From Chrysomallon squamiferum (Eukaryota; Animalia; Mollusca): a stretch of 64,000 nt of DNA. Where the stretch lies: NCBI GenBank assembly GCA_012295275.1, contig CM022669.1, positions 248,001-312,000 of the forward strand, read 5' to 3'. The notes below the pieces were generated by a model that saw only the letters and a program-made list of their open reading frames with translations, had not been told where the DNA came from and made no database searches. Made by a program: the position numbers and the translations under genes. Below, one piece after another: positions 28,174 through 42,150 of this stretch (position 1 is its first letter; every line of letters begins with the position of its first letter).

Positions 28174-29299
28174 GTGAGTAACATTCTGCCAAAATTTAAT
28201 AATCACATATTTCCTGTTCCCAAAGTTTGGTATTTTATTCTCATAAAATACCCAGTGAAATATAATGCACTTGGTTATAAAGGTTGAATGCTTATTTATG
28301 CATAATTCAGTTTTCTTCTACTAATGTTTGTGAGTGCACAAATTCCATATTTTTATTATTTATAAATAATTTTGTGATTCTCTACAAGTTTCTTGTGTAA
28401 ATATGATTGAAAACTAAATGAGATTCTTCTCTCCTATGTTTTGGGGGGTTTCTTCTTTTTTTCTTACCTGAGTTTGCCTAATAGACAAAAACACATTATG
28501 TTATTTATTTTTACAGACTTTATAAATACTGTTATTAAATGATGGTTGAGGTCCACAAATTGCCATCATGAAAGAAGTGGGGTTGCATTAAACTGGGGCT
28601 CAGATTAGCAGTTTACGTGTTACAATGCTGTCATTATTTTCTGTTTTCTCCACATTTTTACACATTTACCTTCTGGCATATTAAAGAATTCTACAAATAA
28701 ATTACTGTTACCAGAGTAGACATTAAAACACAAATTAATTCTTGGTAAAAACAACTTACATGAAATGAATTTCATTTTAGTCATGATTGAGTCAAGTGGA
28801 GGAATTTTACATATTCCTCAACTTTGCTCCATTTTAATCTAAAAAATTTAAAAAGTTGACCCAGTTCAATATTTTTACCAGAATTCAAGTTAAATTAGGG
28901 CATGTAGAACTGGGTCTTTGAAAACAGTTAACAATTTATTTACATATTAATAAATTAATTATTTGATTAGATTACTTCTTAAAATGAAACCATACATCAG
29001 TTCCAACTCTCTTCTTGCAGAATATTTGTAACATTTAAATTAATTTAGCATTAGCATAACCATAATCTTCACAAACAAAGTTTATATTCAATATCTGTAA
29101 AAACAATTGTATCTTGACTGTGTAACAAAATGTGTAATGATGCTGTCATGATTGTAACTGGGGTGAAAAAAAGGTACATACTCCACAATTTGCTACCCCT
29201 CTCCCAGATGACAAATCATGCAAAATTATAAGGTAACAGTGCATAACTAATATATATATACATTGTATTTACTTTTTTTGTTATTGATTAACTAACTAT

Positions 29300-29330
<31 letters not shown>

Positions 29331-30736
29331 ACTTTGACTGCAAAATAAAGGAATGCAACTATACATATATATACATATACTTCAACAAAACAACATACGG
29401 CTGGTAGAATTCCCCATTTCGTAGAAAGGCTAAATGTGGTTCAGTGGTCTTATTTACATGCTTGGTTTTACCTCAGTCATTATAATGAACTGTTCCAGAC
29501 TATTTGGAAAGTGATTATTATTGTACAGATACAGTAATATATCGATTAACTATATCCTGCTTTAAGGATCTTTTTTCTTTTACAAATTATATAAATAGAA
29601 ATTTAATAGTTAATTGCTCGAAATAAATGATACAAATGGATACAATGCATGTTTTTAAGTCCATTTTTTTTCATTCATGAGCTTCTTTCAGCTGTGTTGA
29701 TCAATTGACATATCATACCTGCATCTAATATTCTGATTCTCTTTTCTCTTCTGCTTCGATTTAGACTTAAACTCGTTTGTAATTTACCCTTCCAATATGT
29801 CAAAATGAATAACCAAAACCAAGTGGTTGAGTGTTGCTATGTACTCTGTATTTTAAATGTGGTAATGATGTGATAATGTATCATGATAATATATACCGGC
29901 AAATGCTGATGATAAAAAGAAATGGAAGACAATAACTTTAGAAACAAAATACATTATCTTAAATGAAACAAAAACCCACAAAAATTAACCCACAAGGAGC
30001 GGCATATAATTCTTAATGTATTTGTATAAACTGATTTGTAAATGATTTACTGTTAATATCTATAATCTATTAAATCACTTATGTCTAAACTGCCATTTTA
30101 TTTCTCCTTATTTCACCTTTTTTTTTTATGTCAAATTTCATCAGTGAGAAAGTAACCACTGCTTTTAACCTTAATTCTATGTAAATTAGTCTCCCGCTTA
30201 ATGATACCTCACTTAACTATCAGAAATTGGGAACCAATTACATCTTTAATCTGAGGTATTATTGTAGTATGGATATCGCTTATCGCATAAAGTATGCAGA
30301 TATGACAAATATCGAAATAATCTATGTATCGAATGTAGTGAATGTAAATAATTAAAAAAGAAGGTATTCATCTAAAAGTATTCCCAATGATTTGGTCCTT
30401 TGTATAAACTTTTTCAGTCATAGCCAAAGTATTTGCAGGTCATAATATCTTTAGTGTACATACTATTAATATACTATGTCACATATATTGTATAACATGT
30501 GTACAATGTGAACATGTGTGTGTGCTGAATATGGTTTAATTCGAACAGTTAATGATAAATTAAACGTTCACATATTCTATTTATTGATTATAAGTGAATT
30601 ACTCGTATTTAAAATATGTTTTTTTTTAAATTATATTGCTGAATAAAATTAGTTATTTATAATATTTTTGTCATTTTCTTTTACAGAAGCAAGTCATGAG
30701 AATTAACAAAAAACACATCGTGCCGCTTTTTTCTTT

Positions 30737-30772
<36 letters not shown>

Positions 30773-30859
30773 GCTAGATGAAATTGATGTAAAATTGTTT
30801 ATTATTAGTCAGTTGTTTTGTAATGACCAGCTTAAATAATAATAATCATAATAATAATC

Positions 30860-30896
<37 letters not shown>

Positions 30897-30937
30897 ATAA
30901 TGTCAGGAAATGTTTGAATTAGAAATGTACCAGCTTA

Positions 30938-30972
<35 letters not shown>

Positions 30973-32750
30973 GAATAAGAATAAGAAGAATATGAATAAT
31001 AATAATGTTGATGATGATGATTATGTTGATGATAATGAGGAGGAAGATGATGATGATAATAATGAAAAAGTAAAAAAAACAAGATTTAGGAACAATGCGC
31101 TCCTCCTCTGAATGTTAGAAAGAAACCAGATGCATGCACAGGCCAAGTTCATTATATACAGAGGTAATCAGGTATTGCGGTAGACAAGCTTTTTCTACAA
31201 AATGGGAATTCTACCAGATGGGAAGACACCCAACATACCCACCCTCATACACACTTATTTTTATATACACACACACACACACACTCATACACAAAATATA
31301 CAGATACATGTACAAATACATATACAAATACATATACAAATACATGTACAAAAGACATTCAAATAAATAATCATATACAGCCAATCACACACACACACTC
31401 AGAGCTTATAATATTATTTTATATTCAGACACTATTATTAGTTGCAGTCAGTTGCAAAAGCAGGCTTTATGAAGAAAAAAAGCTGACATTATGTAATTGA
31501 AGAGACTTGTCTTATTTCTTCACGAGAAACCAAATACACAATGGATAAATCACATATAAAACTTATAATACTTTTTTATTTCATCTGTTCAACATTGACG
31601 TAAAGAAATATGACTAGTCATATAACTTTATAATACCTTAAGCTTTTCTTAATCACAAAAATGAAAATGATTGAGACACTATATTTTTTTTTTTTAGTCA
31701 GATCTAATTCAGATAGGTAGATAACTACATGCAGTGTATTCAGTTAGAATTCTGTTAATGTAATATTAAATGCAGATTTGTTAAGCCAGGTGTGTGTGAG
31801 TCAGATGAGTAAATCAATATTTAAAATAAAATAATAAATATTTAAAAGGTTATATGAAATGAAATGAAATTAAAAGAAATGAAACAAAATGAAGCAAATA
31901 AGATTGAGTCAGAATAAAACAATGAATTAAACAAGTATATAAACATAATAAACAAACATAAATAGTCCAGAAGTTAATTAATAAATAAAGAAAGCAATCT
32001 AATAATAATAATTATAATAAAACAACAACAAAAAACCCTAGAATTTAAAAATTATAAAAAGTAATATACTTTGGTATAAACTCTGATAAAGTTAATAAGT
32101 TTATTGTAATTTATTATTTTGTTAGTTGACTAATAAATCTATAATAAGGACATGATATTTAAATAAAACATTAATATGAAATGTTACAGACTGTTTTGTT
32201 GTTCTTTTTGAGATTCTTTGTCTCTTGTCTTCACAGAACAGAAATATGCATACACACACACACATGCACATCCACACAAGTATGAGATCAGACAAATAGA
32301 TCAACAATAGATAGACAGAGAGATAGATATATATAAATCATTACAATATGAACAAGATAAAATGAATGTGCTCACACTACCCATTCAGTCATGGTATATG
32401 ATTTTTCTATATATAGTGCCACAGCGAGACATTTGTCCATGTCTTTAGCACCCTTTATGAACTAAAAGTAATACCACCCACTTATTGTCTATATCATAAA
32501 AATATCTTTGAATTGCTCTAGAGTGTCTGCTTGCCTCTGATTACCACATATCACAGTTAGGTATTAACTGTTGACTAAATAATTAATTTTCCAGTCGATA
32601 TATTATTTGTATCCTATATCCCCAGAGGCAGACTACTCATAGATAAATTTAATCTATGTGGTTTGTTATAAATTTATCAGTAACAGGCTTTACAAGGAAA
32701 TGTCTAATATAGTTTTATTTTGTTAATAATTTAAGAAATATGGATTTTAT

Positions 32751-33570
32751 ATGGGTTTAGATTAACCAACAGTGGATTCAGACAAGTATCAGTAACATAA
32801 TCTGTGATTGGTTTAGATTAATCTACAGTGAGTTCAGACAAGTATCAGTAACATAATCTGTGATGGGGTTAGATTAATCTACAGTGGCTTCAGACAAGTA
32901 TCAGTAACATAATCTGTGATTGGTTTAGATTGATCTACAGTGGTTTCAGACAAGTATTAGCAACATAATCTGTGATGAGTTTAGATTAATCTACAGTGGT
33001 TTCAGACAAGTATTAGTAACATAATCTGTGATGGGGTTAGATTAATCTACAGTGGTTTCAAACAAGTATTAGTAACATAATCTGTGATTGGTTTAGATTG
33101 ATCTTCAGTAAGTTCAGACAAGTATCAGTAACATAATCTGTGATGGGTTTAGATTAATCTACAGTGAATTCAGACAAGTATCAGTAACATAATCCATGAT
33201 GGGTTTAGATTAATCTACAGTGAGTTCAGACAAGTGTCAGTAGCATAATCTGTGATGGGTTTAGATTAATCTACAGTGAATTCAGACAAGTATCAGTAAC
33301 ATAATCCATGATGGGTTTAGATTAATCTACAGTGAGTTCAGACAAGTGTCAGTAGCATAATCCATGATGGGTTTAGATTAATCTACAGTGAGTTCAGACA
33401 AGTCTCAGTAACATAATCCATGATGAGTTTAGATTAATCTACAGTGAGTTCAGACAAGTATCAGTAACATAATCCATGATGGGTTTAAATTAATCTACAG
33501 TGAGTTCAGACAAGTGTCAGTAACATAATCCATGATGGGTTTGGATGAACAAACAATGGTTTCAGATAGT
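32751..33570. repeat. minisatellite, 56-bp unit (tagattaatctacagtgagttcagacaagtatcagtaacataatctgtgatgggtt), ~14 copies
   Basis: Tandem repetition with a 56-bp period. Confidence 0.97.
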
Positions 33571-35129
33571 TAAGATAATCCACAGACAGACAGAGTAACT
33601 GATCAGGACTAAAGCATGCAGACAACTTGTGTGTGCCAGAAAGACTGTTTATGTCTGATAGATGTGGTCTCTGGCAATTTTTCAGAGTTTCAAACCTGTT
33701 TATTCACTTTCAGCTTTCACCAACCAGCTTTCCAAATTTTCAAAGCTTTCTGTTCTAGGTGCAGATTTCCCATTCTTCTTTTTCTGTAAGCTTTTTAATT
33801 GTTCTTTTCAAAATTCAGATAATAGAGGTGTCATGTTCTTTAAGTTTAACTGTTTCTTTCTTCTTTTTTTAAATTCTTTTTATTTAATTGTTTGTTTGTT
33901 TCTTTGTTTGTTATATATCCTTTTATCTATTTTTTCAATCTTTTATTATATATAATTAACAATTCATGATTCAGCAAAATGCATTATTATTATTATTTTC
34001 ATTATCTTATTGCCTTTATAAAGTCTGTCCAGGTCAAACAAATTACCTGTGTGTACTGACTGACAATCAGAATAGAGTATATGAAACACTCGAATGGTTC
34101 TGATCTGTGAGGTACAAGTCTGTGTCAATGCTTTTCTGTTGTTGTTTTCTTACAGGTTCACTGATAGTCTAACAGTGTTATTGTTATATCAAAACAAATT
34201 AACTAAAGATATATATATATATATATATAAAAGAACGATTTTCTTTAAATAGCTTGGCTTTGCTTTGATATTTTCATTGATCAGATTAATAAATAAATAA
34301 AACATTAATTAATTGATTGATTAATGCTCTACTGTAGATGGTTTATCTTTTTACTGTTCTTACAATTTAAAATAATAAACATATAACAAATAAATATTGC
34401 TACTTCTGTTAGTATTTCTAATACAGTAACTACTACTGCTAATTAATAACCACTGATACTACTAGTACTTCCACTTCTATTTCTAATAAATTACTATTGC
34501 TGCTGTTTCTATAACTAATAATAAATAAATATATTTCCATTTTTCATTTAATTATATATATATATACATGTGTGTGAGTGTGTGTGTGTGCATGTGTGTA
34601 TATATATATACACGCATACATGTATCTTTGATTCAAGATTGTTATGATTTTTTTTCACTTTGCTTTTGTTAACTTTAATTACTATTTTAATTTCAGATTT
34701 TTTAAAATGATATATTAGCAGATAAATAGAGTTAAAAGTTTGCTTTAATCAAGTTAATATCATGCTGTTTAATATCACCTTTTACAAACATATATATTGT
34801 GTTAAATATTTAAAGTTTATTAACATTCTAAACACTGTCTGTCAATAACTTACATTTTTATACTGTGTGTGAATGCATACTTGCAAAACTCTGTGTTACT
34901 AAACTCTTTTATTTCTTTTTCTTCTGTGTGGAGTTTTGTTATGTTTTAATCTGAAATTTCCTTCCTCTGCTATAAACTTCTTCCTCCGCAGACATATGTA
35001 TAATTAAACCCAGTTTGAAAGCTGAGGTACTTTTAGAAATACTAAATCTTCAGTGTACACTGAGCTGTTCCAGCCAGAACCAGACAGTAGATTTCTACTG
35101 TCAGTCTCTGGGCTGAATGAAATGCTTTT

Positions 35130-36062
35130 GGGTCATTCCATGTCAAATCACCCAATGGTTTACACCTGACCGTCTCAGATTTTTATGAAACTTGGTATAC
35201 TTGTTGACTGGGATCCCACAGCACCAAATCTGAAATTTTAGCTCAATCAGACCAGTGGTGTGGGAGATACAGCCCACCGAATTTTGAGATTTTTGGCAAA
35301 AATGGGCGTGACCACCAACCTTTGAACCCTCATATCTCAGGAACTACTGGGCCAATCTTCATAAAATTGGTACTGTTGAAAAGGCAATATGACAAGGATT
35401 CCAAATCTGCCATTTTTGTTCAGTTTGGAAAATACTGGGGTACATTTACCTTTTGACCTTTGCTATGACCTTGAAATTGACCATGTGGATCACGTGACCT
35501 TGAGATGACCTTTATTTAAATTTAATCTCCCACATGTTAACTAAAACATATAAAAGTTTCCTGGGTGTAATATTTTTTGTTTAGCCACAATATAGATTTT
35601 AAAAATGCACATACATGAAAATAACACCTTTTCAGCCATTAACATCTGATTAACTAAAACCTGAATGATCAATTCTGGATGCTAGGAATCACCATCTTTC
35701 TTGATCATCGAATAAGACATTGTAGGCCTACATGTATGCATAAAGTTCACATAAATTTGAGAGAACTAGGTGTTTCTGATGCTTAACCTTCTCACCATCT
35801 GTTTCAAATGCTCACTGTATCCTTCATTCCCGGACATATTCTACTGTTCTCATCACTTTCATAAAATTGGATTATTTAAATCTATATTGTGGCTAAACAA
35901 AACATATTACACCCAGGAAACTTTTATATGTTTTAGTTAACATGTGGGAGATTAAATTTCAATAAATGTCATCTCAAGGTCATGTGATCCACGTGGTCAA
36001 TTTCAAGGTCATAGCAAAGGTCAAAAGGTAAATGTACCCCAATATTTGACATGGAATGACCC
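35130..36062. mobile_element. non-autonomous DNA transposon with long TIRs (Sola2-like termini), right TIR internally deleted
   Basis: Perfect 19-bp terminal IR GGGTCATTCCATGTCAAAT / ATTTGACATGGAATGACCC, with TTTT on both flanks (4-bp TSD). A further ~170-bp IR pairs 35431-35600 with 35875-36046. The superfamily is inferred from GRG ends and the 4-bp TSD. Confidence 0.82.
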
Positions 36063-36689
36063 TTTTACTTCTTTTTAATGAAAAATAGTAGCAAGTTTAT
36101 CAACAGCATGTCTTAAATAACAAATCTTTGTCATGAAATAGTACATAATAAATATGTTATTTTAAGTAATTATGAAAGTAAAACAGATAGAATTTGTGGA
36201 AAGTGGTTTCAATATGTTTTATAGATTTACTATACTACAACTGGTCTTTATATAATAAATGACATGTTATGTTTTTGTCAAAGATATTTTATTTACATAT
36301 TAAAATATAGTTTGTATACATGCTTATGTATGTGTGTGTGTGCACACACACACACACACACACATATATAAATACACATAAGTATGTATATGTCAAAACA
36401 TATGTGTATATTATCAGACATTTTTTAATTTAACAATAAAATGAATAATGTTAAATGACAGACTGATACCAGAGAAACTTAAAATGATCATTTAATACAG
36501 TAAATGTATTTTTAAAAATGTATTTTTATATAATGATAAGATTATTTAAAAATACAAAACTCAGTACTTAACTGGTACCTGTAGCATATAGTTATGTAAA
36601 GAAATCAATCCTTAGAAATACAGTTTTACTGCAATTTGAACAGAAGATATCCATTAATTAATGAACATTTAAAAATTCTTCTTAATAAT

Positions 36690-36851
36690 TAATATTTGAG
36701 TATTATAATACAGATTATATAGTAATTAACATTTGAATATTAGAATTTAGATATTATAGTAATTAATATTTGAGTATTATAATTCAGATATATAGTAATT
36801 AGTATTAGAATATTAGAATACAGATATATAATATTTGAGGATTAGAATACA
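36690..36851. repeat. degenerate ~38-bp tandem repeat, ~4 copies
   Basis: Recurring tattagaatacagatatatagtaattaatatttgag. Confidence 0.7.
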
Positions 36852-38532
36852 GCTGTAGTGTATCAACTGCTGTGGATATGAAATGATTATGTTCACATTT
36901 TCTTTGAGATGATCAATACACAGTGATGACTTGAAGCTGTTTTGTTTAACATTCACTTCAGTGAGCTGTATATTATTTACACTTCATCTTTAATTCCAAA
37001 TTTGTGTCTCTACAATATGTAAAAAAAAAAGAAAAAATGAAATTTAAATTTTAAAACCCCTCTAAGTATTCAGAGTGCGAAAGGTTTACATTTTTGTGGG
37101 CTAAAACAAAAACAGTAACTGACTCTGGCAGAAAGCTGACCATTTTGAGTTTTGTTTACACATTTAACACAGACTGCTGATGTTTCAGTGTGTAACTTGT
37201 GACATGTCTGCTGTATCTCCAATTATTCACATTTCCCTTTGATCTTCACATACTAGTGATGCATTCAGTTATCTTTTTTTTGATGAAAGTTGTTAAATGG
37301 AGATATTTTTGTTTGGCTTTTATGGCTGTCATTTTTATTTATTTATATCTTTTTCTATGTGCATGTTTTATTTTTAACTGACATAATATGCTACAAATTA
37401 AGCCTGAAGGAATAAAAAGATCTGAAAATGCATAAAACCACCTTTGTCACATATTTTATTGTTAGCAAGCTTGTAGCTACTGTAGAAAAAATAATATATA
37501 CTGGAATATAGTGATATCTCAAATAAATATTTTATTTTATGTAACATTATTTATGGTTCTATATTACACAAAGAAAATGGAGACACAGTAGGAGGTAAAA
37601 ATGTTTATAGCAAATTTATTTTGTTCACTTAGCGGCAAGAAATATTTATATGTTCATTCCCATCAACAGGAAAGAAAATACTTTGTTCATAAATTAGTAA
37701 TGTAGCACTGGTTGCATTGGGAAATACCTTAGTTAGAGAACAAGTTCAGGAAATTGGCTGGAAGTGTAAAATTATATTAAACCTTAATTACACTTTAAGA
37801 ATGATTTTAATTAAAGCTGTTTTCTTTAATCAATATGTCTGTACTGAGCTGTCTTGTAATTACACAATAACAAATCATCAGTTTAAGTCACACTTAGGCA
37901 GATAATCTACTAAGACTGGTTTTAATTTTCACTGAAAAGAAAATTAAATTCTTTTTCCTTTTTTTTTTATGATGATTTTTAATTTACTTTATTTTCTATC
38001 TTTCCTTTTTTCCTTTTATTTATTGTGTGATTTTTTCTTTCATTTCTACATTTGTATTTTGGATTTTTATTTTCCCTAAAAATTAACATAATTAATATAA
38101 TTCAGTTTATTTAATACAATAAAAATATGAACTTTATGAATTCTTGAACAAGAAAAATATTTCAGTGGTCTCCATTTAAATTACTATTACTCATTACTGC
38201 TTTAATAGTTATTTGAATAGACTGATTAATAATCATTGACATAAAACATGAAAATAGCTTATAGGAAACATCATTCTACTTTCTTCTTTATATTTTTTAT
38301 TTCATTCTTTCTACATAGAAACAAAACACACATATTCATGCATAGACATAAAGAAAAGAAAAATAAATGTCAAAATTGTGACTAAGAATGAGAGAGAATA
38401 AGAAAATGAGAATTCACACAAAATACCCAAATAAAATCTAATCCTTTTTTAAATTATTATTATTATTTTTATCATTTTGATTAAATACAAATTTATTAAA
38501 TAAAATATAAATTTCCTATTTTTGATTTCCAG

Positions 38533-38630
38533 CACATCCGAGTGGTGATGGGAAACCGCAGGCCCTCTGTGATGGGTCACGTTCCCAAAGAGCTCCACGT
38601 GCTGGAGGCGGAGAAGGCTCACAGAATGAG
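38533..38630 (+). CDS. NCX: NCX coding exon, 98 nt (HIRVVMGNRRPSVMGHVPKELHVLEAEKAHRM), start of cytosolic loop
   Basis: GC-rich island in AT-rich intron. Acceptor tttttgatttccag, donor GAG|gtgagt. Open in phase 0, matching the previous donor, and ends in phase 2. Confidence 0.88.
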
Positions 38631-39916
38631 GTGAGTTACTCAGAGATTAGGTGTGAGCAGGTGTGCTCCATCTTTACAGTTACTTTTTATACATGTTTTT
38701 ATTTATTTATTTATAAAGATGTTAAATTCAAATTAATATATACATTTTGTTTTTAAATACTGAACATTTTTAAGCTGCTGATAAGAACAGATGGTGTGTT
38801 GGAAAGTGTAATCATGTGAATTAGGTTTTTTTAAAAACATTCTTTTTAATAACAGTACTAATTTAAACAGGAAGTTAGCAAATTTAAAAAAAAAAAAAAA
38901 AAAAAAATAAATAAATAAACAGTAGAAACAAAATTAATTAAATATTTAAATATTAAAGTAAAGTTAAATAAAATAACCAAATAAAAAGTAAAAACACACA
39001 CACACACACACACAAATAAATAATTAAAAAATAATTAAAAATCATAATAAAATAAATTTAAAAATAATAATAATATCTAATTAAAAAGGTGTGACAGCAT
39101 GCTCCAGTAGTCTCTTTCATACTGGTATTTGTTTGTGACAACTGAAGTGACCCAGTTAAGAAGATAGTGATAAAATAAATCTTATTCTCACTATGTACTG
39201 ACTGCTATAGCATTTTGTCCCTATTCTTGGATATTTATATATTATCTCTTATATCTTTTATATTCTGTTAGTAATATCATGCATTATAATGAGTACATAT
39301 GGATCTTTAATTTTTTTAAATTAAAATAATATTTAAAGAAAATGGAAAATAAGTACAATAAAGACTAAAAATTTAAAATTTATTTACAAAAACAGAACCT
39401 AATCATTCACATGTTCAGTGTATATAAAAACTACTCAGACATGTCTACAGACACCGACATATACAATTACATATGAAGAGATAAAGAAAGAGAAAAATAG
39501 CTACAGTTAAAAAAAGAGATCAAGAAAAGGAAACATACATGTATAGAAAGTGTGACCCAGGTAGATCAGTGAGACAGAAAGAGAACTGAAAATCAGTTAT
39601 ATTGATCTCAGTCAGGCAACTTCACCAGTGTGTATATATCAAGTGTTATTTTGACAGATATAAATAACAGTCTGCTCGAAATATAGTCTTTTGTTAGATC
39701 TGATTTACACCACATCGAAAAATGATATTTTGTGAAAGACCCTAAATAACATTAATTAAGTCCAAATTTGGTTTAAATTAAAAGTCAGTTGACATTTGTC
39801 AGTAGTTCAATGCTTAGAGCACTCTAACACAATTCTGATGTGTGATTTTGCAGTGTCATTTCTCTGTGGTCTCTATCCCAATCAGTGTTAAAATGATTGA
39901 TTACTTTACCTGTCAG

Positions 39917-39940
39917 GTTTGCTGTCCTGTACTTGGAAAG
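39917..39940 (+). CDS. candidate 24-nt microexon (R-FAVLYLE), phase 2-2
   Basis: Sequence reads ttactttacctgtcag|GTTTGCTGTCCTGTACTTGGAAAG|gtacat. Frame-symmetric and open, but could be chance. Confidence 0.25.
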
Positions 39941-40101
39941 GTACATATAAAACATCTGATAGACAAGTAACATAGTGCTTCCCAGTTTTACTCTGCAAGT
40001 CACTCCATTTATTTAACTAGATATTTCCATGGAAGCCAGCTTTTGAAAGGTCTCTTTCCTCAACAAATTCACTTTCTCTGTTTCATCTCTTGCCTGAAAA
40101 A

Positions 40102-40487
40102 TATATGTAGCTGTTATTCAATTAAAGATATATATAACTGATTATAGAATTAAAGACATGTAACTGATTAACAATTAAAGACTTATGTAACCGATTATAC
40201 AATTAAAGACATATGTAACTGATTATACAAAGACATATGTAACTGATTATACAATTAAGATATATGTAACTGATTATACAATTAAGATATTTGTAACTGA
40301 TTATACATTTAAAGATATATGTAACAGATTATACAATTAAAGACATACGTAACTGATTATACAATTAAAGACATGTAACTGATTATACAATTAAAGACAA
40401 ATGTAACTGATTATACAGTTAAAGATATATGTAACTGATTATACAATTAAAGATATATGTAACTGATTATACAATTAAAGATATATG
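40102..40487. repeat. minisatellite, 28-bp unit (aactgattatacaattaaagatatatgt), ~14 copies
   Basis: Tandem repetition. Confidence 0.95.
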
Positions 40488-41616
40488 AGGTTTTCAAAGT
40501 TTATCTTTATCATTAACACTCGAGCCTGTATAAATGTGAACTTAGATCACAAACTCCAAGTACTTAGATTTATGAATCTCATGGGTATACAGGCTACAAG
40601 ATGGAAACCACTGTATTTGACATTACTTAGCATATAGTTGACAGTTAGTTGATAAAATATGTATCATTGATACACTGATCTGCATTAATAACACAAGCAT
40701 TGAATTACAACCTGTTACATACAGTTTACTGGACAGACAAAAATGTAACCTTCTGAATGATGAAGTATTTAATTTACATTAAAATATTTTAAAATACTTA
40801 ACATCAACTAACTGTTCAGTGTGGAATTAACAAAAACATATTGTATAATATACTTATTACCATTATAAATTCACAACATAACAAATATATTGCAGTCTGC
40901 AACTGAACAGTTTATAATAAATAATTTTTTAAATGCTAGCAAAAATTACATTGAAATTTGAGGATAATAATTTTTTGTAAACTATTTAGATAATCTTTCT
41001 AACTTTTAAATATTACATTTTGTATTTATTTATTGTTAAGAGTGTTATCATTTTATGTAAAGCCAGCAGAATATATAAATATTCATGAGAGGATTATCTG
41101 TGGATTATGAATGTTGTGTTCAGGGTTATACAGACTGGACATGCATGACTTAACGTTCTGACATTTCTCTCACTTGTTTGATACACCAAACAAGGCTGTC
41201 TTCAATTTGTGTTTAGTATGAACTGTCTAACAAAATAATGTTTACATGTATGTGTATGTGTGTGTGCATGCGTGTGAATGTGATGCACATGTTTATGTGT
41301 GTGTGTATTAACAAGTGTATGTATTTGTTTATGTATGTACATGTATCTGTATTTATTTGTTTGCATGTGTTTTTATATTTGTGTGTGCATGTATTTGTAT
41401 GTCTGTCTGTGTGTGTGTCTGTATGTTGTGTGTGTGTGTAATTATGTGTATGAACGTAGGTTTGTGTGTTGCACCTTATTATTAACAATGGTATGTTAAA
41501 AGCATCCACATATTATAAGGTGGATTAAAAAGTTTTAACTGTAACATGCTGTAAGGGTACTCACAAATCCTGTTGATAAACATTTTAATGTCTCTGACAT
41601 TGCCTGATGGATTAAA

Positions 41617-41649
<33 letters not shown>

Positions 41650-42025
41650 TAAAGATTAATTTGGATGGAGGACATTTTTAACATGTAGTTTAGCACTGGA
41701 CATGATAAAAATTATTACATTTTTTTTAAAATTCACCTCTTCAATTCTGACAAAATGTTAGTAAGTACAAACCATAATTCATAATGACACATTTTATAAC
41801 CAGTTTTCTAGATGCAGTTTGAGGGACTAATTTTAAACAGTGAAACTTTTTATTTAATAAAAAAATAACCACTCATAAAATTACATAAATCTCTTTTTTG
41901 AACTATCAGAAATGAAAATATGTACGTGAGTGAACTCTGTAATTTCCAGTTTCGTAATTAACTGTGGAGGCTGATATATCTCTACATCAGCAAGTCCAGG
42001 TAGAAAAATACTGCCATAGTTTTTA

Positions 42026-42150
42026 CTGAAACATAAAACATGATTTTTTCTTTACATACTGTAAAACATAATTTCTTTACATACTGTAAAACATAATTTC
42101 TTTACTTTCTGTAAAGCATGAAATTTTTTGCTTTCTGTAAAGCATGAAAT
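42026..42150. repeat. short tandem repeat, ~25-bp unit (tttctttacatactgtaaaacataa)
   Basis: 4-5 diverged copies. Confidence 0.75.

Noticed and set aside
27597-28184. Minus-strand ORFs of 116 and 63 aa
   Set aside because: Antisense shadows of the NCX coding exon.
28174-28287. C-terminal part of the 288-aa track ORF (VSNILPKF...)
   Set aside because: It follows a consensus GTGAGT donor, is AT-rich and has no NCX similarity, so it is intron read-through. The GTG start at 27421 is also UTR; the ATG is at 27442.
34960-35030. Strong acceptor cttcttcctccgcag suggesting an extra exon
   Set aside because: The frame hits TAA after three codons, and the only frame-preserving donor (TAT|gtataa) is weak.
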